A stretch of 61,632 nucleotides of DNA, the filler included, from Dugesia japonica (Eukaryota), in the NCBI GenBank assembly GCA_001938525.1. It is 6 parts of 6 records of this genome, joined end to end, with 100 filler letters (N's around TTAATTAATTAA, not from the genome) between each part and the next. Parts side by side here need not be neighbours in the genome. Positions count along the whole stretch, not along the records: positions 39,466 to 53,010 come from MQRL01618800.1; positions 53,111 to 61,632 come from MQRL01617649.1; 4 more parts are not named here. One strand, given 5' to 3'. The position numbers and the translations under genes are program-made. Positions 52,421-61,632 of this stretch are shown here, piece by piece. The notes beneath the pieces are model-generated. The model was not told where the DNA came from. It made no database searches and saw only the letters and a list, made by a program, of their open reading frames with translations. Each line of letters begins with the position of its first letter. Position 1 is the stretch's first letter.

Positions 52421-54394
52421 TGAATTTCATTGGAATTATCTCATTGGAAATTTTACCTTATTATGGAAATATAACATAATCTGAACTTATGGTGCTGTCT
52501 GTGGGGATTGAAAAGAAAAATATTTTTTTATCGCAATTACCCAATCATGCTTAGTGGGACAATTTTCGTTTAATTTGGCATAGAGCAAATAATTAATTGA
52601 AATATAATTTTAGTTTTCTCTTCATGATCATTTAGTTATTATCAAAGGTTTATTAAATTTAAAACTATGTTTATTGAACATTTTTATTATCAAATTGACA
52701 AATAATATAACAACAAAATTTTTTACTTTTAATATTAAGGAGTGAGTCTGCAACGGGTGACGCAAATGTGCTTTGAGATTCCAATTACTATTTCAATTTC
52801 TACTTTGATTTCTCTTTTTTCTGTNCTGCTAACTGAGTAGTTTTCTCCTGCTTGATTAAACAGTAATCTTCTGAACGTTTTTTTTTCAAAGTTATAAATC
52901 CACGGAATTTACAATGGTGCGGTTTAGTATTAATAGTTTTCACAAAAATTGTAGTGTTTTGACAGTTGGTTTTAGTTAGTTTTTTGGTTAGTTTTCTGCT
53001 AAAACCAGGGNNNNNNNNNNNNNNNNNNNNNNNNNNNNNNNNNNNNNNNNNNNNTTAATTAATTAANNNNNNNNNNNNNNNNNNNNNNNNNNNNNNNNNN
53101 NNNNNNNNNNAACCGCTCGGATGACATATATCCTCGCTACACCACTGAATATCACTTCTTTGTCGCAAAACACGGATTAATTAACATATTTCTGAAAAAT
53201 AATTCACATAAAAATTTTATTTTTCTTTATTCATTAATCTATCATCAATTAATTTTCTAATTTAATAAAGTTATTAAATTTCAGTTTTTCATTGTCTATT
53301 GTTTTCAAATTTTAACAATAAAATCTTTTAAAAACGTTTCCTATTGAGAATTATGTTGATTATTTTCAGTATCATGCAGTCAAAATATAAAATTTTAAAA
53401 ATCAAATTTTATTTAAATTAATAGTAGAATTAAAATAATTAAAAAATAATTTTGTTTTGTCGGAATAATTTTTTCTAATTAAATTTGAAAACCATTTCAA
53501 GAGAAAATTGAAATTTATGTAGTTATTACATGAAATTCCCGACCAACTCTGAATAATAATTATTTTATATTGTATTCATTTTTTTTAATGTCTAACAAAA
53601 TTTTTAAATAATTCAGAAATTTAATCGTTTATACAAAACTATTTATTTTATTAAATTAATAATTAAAAGCGATTGTAAAATTTGTGATGGATAAATATGA
53701 ACAATAAATGTGATATCAATCAAAATTGAGATAAATATTTTTTCCGGACAAAATGTTACAAAATAACAAAGAAAACATTTTTATCCTTATTTTATAATTA
53801 ATAAATTGGTTTGAATATTAAGTCTTTTCATATTAAATCAAATAAGCAAAATACTGAAAGCCCAATTCCTTTATAATATGATATATTTCCAATTTCAGAT
53901 TAAAGCAATTTTCAAATCTTTAAAACCATCCTTTGATGATTTGCAGGCCATCAACATTTAGCCATTGTCTAAGTTAATTTACTTTAGTAATAATAATTTC
54001 ATCAGTCAGATAGCCATTTAACGCATCCATTCGAGATATTCATTCGATCAATGAATTCTTAAGCAGAGAATGATTGTTGAAAGAATGTCTAGTGTTAGTG
54101 TTTGAACTCTAAAAATTTTCCTCATTATTCTTTATTTTTCTAAATTTCTGACAACGCAGATAGCGATAAGTCCAGGTTTAATTCTCTTTTGATAATTTAA
54201 AACAATTCAATCAGCGAAATTTTATTCGACTCCTTCATTATCCGATTAATTTAAACAAAAACTATCAGATATTTTTCAAAAATCGCTTTTCGATTACGGA
54301 TCGTGAAATTTCGGATTATTGAATTAAATATTACTGGAAACGTTAAAAAATTGAGAAAAAGTTTATAAATTTATAAAATACTTTTCAAATAGAA

Positions 54395-54545
54395 TAAATT
54401 TGATATAAAATACATTTTCTATAAAATAAATTTCCTAAAAAATCAATTTCCTATAAAATACTTTTTATATAAAATACTTTTCATATAAAATACTTTTCAT
54501 ATAAAATACTTTTCATATAAAATAAATTTCCTATAAAATATATTC
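54395..54545. repeat. Subterminal tandem repeats (about 16-bp TATAAAATACTTTTCA) of a Mutator/Phantom-like end
   Basis: Repeats directly visible, just upstream of a MULE transposase remnant. Confidence 0.7.
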
Positions 54546-54624
54546 CCTTTATCATTATTCTCTTTTATCATTATTTGTAAATATATATATATTAAAAGAA
54601 TATTAATTTTCTATTCTGATTTTA

Positions 54625-55200
54625 GGATTAGGTCATTAATAAGAAGTCCACATTTGCACTTCGATGGTACTTTCGATACCGTGCCGTCGAAGAAGAATTA
54701 TTTAGTACATTTAGAAAATTAGTTGCGCTGTCTCCAGATTCTCTAAATAAATTTCTTAATTATCTTGGTAGAAATTATATAGGTATCGAATTTGATGGAT
54801 TGTGTTGAAAAACGACCACTTCAAAATTTGCTGTTGACATCTGGAATTATTTTAATTCCACTATTCTAGGCTATCGTAGTACTAATAATGTAGTGGAAGG
54901 CTGGCACTCACGACTTCAAAGAGCTACATTAATTGAGCATGGCACAATATGGAAGTTTATTGAATTTTTAAAAAACAATGAAAGAGACAATGAAGTTTTA
55001 TTTACTCAAATAATTGCAGTATATACTAAAAAAAGACCCCCAATAAAGAAAAAGTATGTTGTGAACAATTAAAAAATAGAAGTGATTGTTAGCTCATATG
55101 CTGAATATAAAAGAAACGATAAGATCTGTTAGTATCTGTTAACTATTTAAAGACTATTAAAAATAACTTCTTAAATATTGAAAAGAACAACAATAAAATT
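54625..55200 (+). mobile_element. MULE transposase remnant, internally deleted
   Basis: HLHFDGTFDTVP; FLNYLGRNYIG; FAVDIWN; STNNVVEGWHSRL; TIWKFIEFLK. Confidence 0.85.
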
Positions 55201-58200
55201 GAAGAATAAAACATAAACATTTCATTGAAATGAAAATTTAGTATAATTGAAAATTAAAATTATTCAGTACATATTAGAATATATTTTTGTAAAATATATT
55301 ATGAAAGATTTTGAATAAAAAAATATTAAATTAGATATTTCTAGAATATATATTAAAATGTATTTTATGTATGTATAGATATTGGAATTTTTTGAGACCT
55401 GGTTTACTTTAGAAAACATTCTTTCATTAAAATATTAATGAGAGTTAATTTGTTAGAATTTTCTGTGTATTCCTCTTTTTAACTTTCATCAAAAACCAAA
55501 AAAGTTTATAATTAAAGAAATATTTATGTAGACTTCAGATATTGTTAACTAAAAAACTATGACGACTAACGAATCATTGTATTTATTAAAGGAAGCAATT
55601 CGTCTTGAAACTTTTAAAATATACGATGATGTTGAAAACTTTATTTTGAAGATAAAAAAAATTTTGATTTATCGGAAATAAAGATAAGCCTTAAAAATTT
55701 ATTGGTGGTTGCTTTTCTGGAAATATAATTACGGGAACTTTATGAGAATGAAAAAGAAGTATTAGAATTTGAAAAAAGATTTAAAAAGCCTTCTTTAAGT
55801 CGTCGTCAACGCCTAAAGATTTGAAAAAAGCTTTAAATTATCAAAATATTAGATGAGGAATCGTAGAAACGTTATTGACTCACAAAATGAAAAAAAAGGA
55901 TATAACAAAGGAGCTAATAATAAATAGTTACAATGATAATATTCAAGTTTCACGAAAATACCACGATCAAATGATAACCATGGTCTTTTGAGAACTGCTG
56001 AACTGCTGAGATGTTAGAAAATTTTAAAATTTCTAAAGAATTACGTGATTGTAAAAAATGATTAAAAGGATTTCTGAGTGAAATATATTCATTATGAAGA
56101 GTACAATGTAATAAAATGTTTATATTAAAGAAATAGCAGATCAACCTATTAAAATTTATCTAATTATAATGACTGAAATTAAGGAAAATAATACTTATGA
56201 TATCATGAAAATGATTCTTAAATATCTAGAGGAATTTCATATATTTTGGATAAACAACGGCTGGACTTATATGAAGAATAATACAAAACATTAAAGAACG
56301 AAATGCTTACCCAAAGGAAGGCCAGCTTTTGCCTAACATTGGCAATCAAATGCCAACAAAAAACCGCCTAGTCAAATGAATGACAAAATTGACAGGGCTA
56401 CGTGAAGAATACGAAGAAGCACTTTACGCATAACGACATAATCAACAAGTTTTAGGAGATAAAACGCTAATCTTTTTGTAAAGGTGAAGCCAGCCTCCAC
56501 CAAATATTGGTAACAAACACAATGTCAACGGTTAACTGCCCCTCTCTATTTGTTGTAGCTTTAGACGTTTTACTGTAGCAAAAACCACTAACTACGTTTT
56601 CAGCTTTCGTTTAACTTGAAATACGAAATTCTAGCCAAATGAACTATCAAATCATTGCTAATGTCAACCCTTTGGCTGATTATAAAATAGTTTTGAGTCC
56701 TTGGAACAATAAGGACATTTAAAGATTATTCATATAAGATTATCTATAAAGTAGCGGCCAAAACACTTTGCATCTAATTCATCCATGTACTATTGATCAC
56801 ACAAATGTCCTCAAGAGTTTCATTTGACTTTTGTAAGTGTTATACATTCAAGATTGAACTTTTTAAACACGAAATCTAATTTAATGATTGAACATTCTTT
56901 AATGCTCTCAAATGCATCAGCTGCATATTGTCAATGTAAAACATAAGAAAACAAATAAAAGATATGACCAAGTAAGACATTAGCTAAAAAATAAATTGCA
57001 GCTCCAAAAGTTCCAATGACAATTTGCATATTCAAGTGACTGTATGTTAATATACTAGACAGTCTGTTTTTAAACTTCCAACTTACAGAGTAATATCTCA
57101 GATTTACTGCTTGAGGATTTTGTTCGGCATTTAGTTGAAACTTTAGTAGACCACTGGGAAACACCGAAATTTCATATAAAAGCCACATCAACACCGAAAT
57201 TAACTGATGTGATATCTTAGACTAATTGCTCTTATACAATGTAATTGGAGACTTTTTAGTAAGCAGTGAACAAAGGATCACGCTTTTCCTTCGTTAATGC
57301 AAGGCTTTAATTAAAATTCAGAGACGCTATGTGTTCCAGCACCAATGTACAGTTCAAGGAGCATAATATTGCAAAACGCAAATCATGCATCAATCGGCAT
57401 ATTTCTCCAGAATCAGTAGTCTCAAAAATCAAACCTACTTCAAACAGCATATTTACGAAGTCAAATTTAATCAAATATTTGCTTAATTATTCCTTCATTC
57501 TTCAATATTCAATACAGTTACTAAGTCAATCATCATTTATTCATTCGCTCTAATAACTTGATACTGACTATTATACTATTCCATTTATCTAATTATTATT
57601 AAACCACCAATAAATCATCTACTTATTCTTATAATTTAGTCGACTACTCTCAATCATTTGCTTGATAAATACATTAACGTGTTGATCTACTTTCTTGATT
57701 TGCTTCTTTAAAATATATAATGATCTTTATATTCACTCATAACTATTTTAATCAAATCAATACACGTAAATTTACTATATTTATCAAATACGTTAAATAA
57801 TCAACTCTGCTACCCTTAATTAATTCATCAAATATTTGTCACTTCTCTTATTTAAATCAATCAAAAGAATAGACAACAACATGACAAATGCAGTATTCTT
57901 TTTTGAAGTTAAACACCTCAATATGGAGAATAGTCACTTTGTAATAGAAAAGTGACACTTCAACAAAGACAATTTGTCATGGAAAATTAAAGTTTCAACA
58001 CAAAAATAGACACTCTTTATAGCAAATACTACAATAATCACTGAATATATAGAAATAATCATGATAAATAATCAAGACATCATAGAAAATCCCAAACTAC
58101 AACATTGGAAATACACGAAACATCATAGAAAATTAAGATAACACATGTAAAGATTCGTCACAAATTATATTTATTTATTTTTTCAGATAATACACGAGTT

Positions 58201-58222
58201 ATCACAGAATATACAAGTGATT

Positions 58223-60690
58223 CAAGCCTGCACAACATATGGCCCGTAAGGTTTTTTGATGCGGCCCTCAACCCTTTTTAAAATTTCATAAAAATGTCAA
58301 ATAAAAAATCGAAATTTATATTTTTGTTTCTTATATAAAGCCTTTTTATTATTTTTTCTACGCAATTTAATAAAATTTTCTGTATTTCATTAAAAATTGT
58401 TTATGACCTCTCCATAAAAAATATTTCCAACGCTTTAATTATTTTTAATTCGAAAATTTTATTTCGATTTGTTATTTTATATCAAATTATTTATATAACT
58501 TTAGCTGCACTATAGAATTTTTCAAATGTTTTTACGTTTTCATTTTTAAAATAACTTTAGTGTATTTATTTTATTGATAAGAGAACATTTGCTTCTTTTA
58601 TAATTTAAAAAAATTATATTTAAAGCTTAATTAATTTAAACATTTAATACTATAAGTTAAATTAATTTAAAAATTTATATAATAGATTATACAATGAGTG
58701 AAAAGAAAAATATAAACTGAGCGTAGAATATTTACTGGGAATGGACAACCCGATATCTATTTACTTTATTGCAAGATAAGATAATTTGTCTCGTTTGCCG
58801 TGAAACAATACCAGTCTTAAAGGAATATAATCTTCGTCGCCACTTTGACACCAAACACCAAACATTTAAATTTGATGAAAAAAAGAAAAAACACAAAGCA
58901 GCGACTTTAATGTCAGCCATAAGTGAAGAGCAAAACATTTTAAAGAACATTGTAGCAGAGAATAAAACAGAAACTCGCGTAAGTTTTCAGATTTCAAACG
59001 AAATTGCTGCTGGAAAAGTCTTTATTGAAGGGGAATTTGTGAAGGAATGTATGTTAATGGCAGTTTTTAATTTATGTCCGGAAAAAAAGAAAAGGTTTGA
59101 GAATTTTAGCTTATCAAATATGACAGTACAAAGAAGAATAACTGAAATTTCAGCAAATATCAATGATCAACTCAAAAAAAAGCTCGGGAATTTTCATTCT
59201 TTCATTTGTGTATGAACGAAAGTACAGATTTACAAGATATTGTCCAACTTAATGTTTTTATTAGGAGAATTGATTAACATTTTAATATTACTGAGAAGTT
59301 TGTTGGAATATGCTCCATATCTGGACGCACGACAGGAAAAGTATTATTTAATGAAATGACAAAATGTTTGACCGACAATTTGAATATTGATTTTTCTAAC
59401 TTGGAAGCCCTTTGAACAGATGGCACCCCAACTATGTGTGGAAAAAATATTGGTGCTGACACACTCCTTTAAGAATTTACTGGGAAGAAAATTATACAAT
59501 TACACTATATTGTGCATCTTTTAACTTTTGAATATGTAATGAAAGTGATAGTTTATGTTGTTAACTATATTCGATCTAGTGNACTTAAGCATANAACTTT
59601 TAAGGCTTTTTTAGAAGAAGTGGATAATTGAGTGGATAAGTGGTTGAGCCGTGGACGGACGCTACAGCATTTTGTTGATTTGAGATCCGAAATTGTTGCT
59701 TTTCTTCAAAATAAATCACGAAAATTTCTTGAACTTCAAGATGACGCTTGGAATTTCGATTTATTTTTCTTCTGTGATATTATACAGCATTTGAATGATT
59801 TGAATATGCTACTTCAAGAAAAAAAAACAATCTATATTTTGAATTGTTAGCTGCCGTGAGAGCTTTTAAAATAACGTTGAAACTTTTCAGAAGTAAATTT
59901 TTAAAAAGTGAAATGTCTCATTTTCCTACTTGCAAGCAACAAACAAAATAAATCAAGAACAATAATATGCAGAACAAGTCAATTGGCAAAGAATTTGAGA
60001 GAAGATTTGCCTTATCTGATGAAACATAGGGTCATCTAAAAATAATTGAAGATCCATTTTCTGTTGACATTGAACATGTACCACTTGAGTTGCAGTTTAA
60101 GGTTATTGAATTCCTGTTTTCAATATATTTTATAAAAGGAATTACAGGGAAAAAACTTACTGAATTTTTACAAAAGTTGGGACAAATATAAAAAAAGGAA
60201 TAGAATTTGCAATTAAAATGCTCAGCATTTTTGGTAGCACTTACTTATGCAAACAAATCTTTTCACTAATGAATTTTAATAAAAATAAACATCGTTCTTG
60301 TAATTGCAATTATTGTGAGAATAATTAATGGACTTTACCATTGATTGTATTTGAGATTTCATTAAAATAAAGAAAAGCTTCAATCAAAATAAAATGATCA
60401 AAACTTTTTTTCATTTTTTATTGAAATCGTTCTTGTCTTACAAATGAACACATGAAAGACATTTTAAGAACAGCAACATGAAATATGACACCAGAATATG
60501 ATAAGCTTGTCAAGAAAAAGAAGTGCAATACTTCTCATTAAATTTTTTAAAGATATATTTTATTAATATAATTTAAAACATATTTTTTTTACTTTATTAT
60601 TATCAAACATAGTCTTTTATATTAATTCTGGACCTCAACAATTTTCCCTGAAATTCTTGACCCTTAAAGCAATCTAAGTTGTGTTGTTTC
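58223..60690 (+). mobile_element. hAT transposon, SPIN/GTF2IRD2-like transposase pseudogene
   Basis: Left end CAAGCCTGCACAAC; ICLVCRETIPVLKEYNLRRHFDTKH; GEFVKECM; ESTDLQDIVQL; TDGTPTMCG; WLSRG; FGSTYLC; degenerate right end near ...AAGTTGTG. Confidence 0.9.
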
Positions 60691-60720
60691 AAGTATTCTT
60701 TCTAATTCTTCCAAATATTT

Positions 60721-60816
60721 AACAAATTTAGTTGCAGCATCTTCTCCAAAGTATTCTATATATCTAGATTCTAGATATATAGAATACTTTGGAGAAGATA
60801 TGCAACTAAATTTGTT
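60721..60816. repeat. Near-perfect 96-bp hairpin
   Basis: aacaaatttagttgca..atcttctccaaagtattctatatatctaga-t-tctagatatatagaatactttggagaagat.tgcaactaaatttgtt. Confidence 0.92.
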
Positions 60817-60934
60817 TATTTTCCAATTATCTATTATTTTTTTAATTGTCTATTCGTTGATTAATACAATCATATATAACATTACATATTATTAACTTAA
60901 TAATTAATAATAATTATTAACATTAATAACTTTG

Positions 60935-61495
60935 ATAACTCTAAAATTGTAAAACCAATGAAATTAAATTTATCATGAACAACTTTATTACTTAATAGAT
61001 GTTCTGCAACCACATCTTGACTAAATATCTTTTCTGATTTAAAATTTGGTTTAGCTGCGTGTCTTTTGTAAGTTAAATGATCATAAACAATTTCAATATT
61101 CGGTATATTCCTAACATTTTCTAATTTCCGTAAAATGCATTATTCATTAACTTGTAAAAAGTATCACCAAATTTATCTCCATTTCTTTTAGCTATTACTC
61201 TTTTAGCGATATGAAAATCTATATAAGATTTCAACCAATTAGATTTTAAATATATTAATTTTCTATATACTTGTTTTATCTTTATTCCATAATTAACATA
61301 CCAATCTAACATTCTTCCTTCAATTATATAACGAAATTTACTATTCTGATTTAATATTAATTTTTTATTAGGTTTATATCTATTAGGTTTAAATATACTT
61401 TAATATTGACTAAATTTATGTTCATTTGGTTTGCATTTCTCAAGAAGAAATGTACAATACTTTGTTGAATCCTTAATATTATTTGGCTATTCTAA
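60935..61495 (-). mobile_element. Second Polinton-type PolB fragment
   Basis: WLKSYIDFHIAKR...FYKLMNNAFYG..ENVRN...KPNF...IGFTILEL. Confidence 0.85.
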
Positions 61496-61632
61496 ATTTA
61501 CTTCTTAAAAGTAGATAGATAGTGGCGATGAAGAACAGCACACTTGCAGAGCCCCCCCCGTGTTTAAAAATTTATTACATAACTGTTTTTAAATTTTTCT
61601 AATGTAAATAGGCGGCGAACAAATTTTGCACA

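Noticed and set aside
53880-54200. Possible Ulp1-like protease remnant (YLTDEII) on the minus strand
   Set aside because: Single short motif, no catalytic residues seen.
56300-57460. Possible Helitron Pif1 helicase
   Set aside because: Only hints (GAGT, KGLTL); no convincing ordered motif set.

Overview
AT-rich eukaryotic (metazoan-like) genomic DNA. It is not one locus: six contigs are joined by N-flanked TTAATTAATTAA linkers (about 8400, 19549, 29724, 39410, 53055). Most of the window is decayed transposons: Gypsy LTR elements (one with both LTRs, PBS, PPT and TSD), pogo/Tigger, mariner, piggyBac, hAT, MULE, Polinton/Maverick PolB and penton fragments, and several MITEs. One host gene is recognisable, a multi-exon FRMD4-like FERM/CUPID gene on the minus strand of contig 4. 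The outstanding object is a >13 kb giant Gypsy element (39466-52420). Its degenerate, apparently single polyprotein reads Gag (3x CCHC), about 7 tandem helical + ubiquitin-like modules, a Bcl-2-like (BH3/BH1) domain, a chuvirus-type glycoprotein C-half with TM helix, two aspartic proteases, RT, RNase H and integrase. It looks like a retrovirus-like element with env and anti-apoptotic cargo placed between gag and pol. All domain calls are by-eye motif recognition, not database searches.
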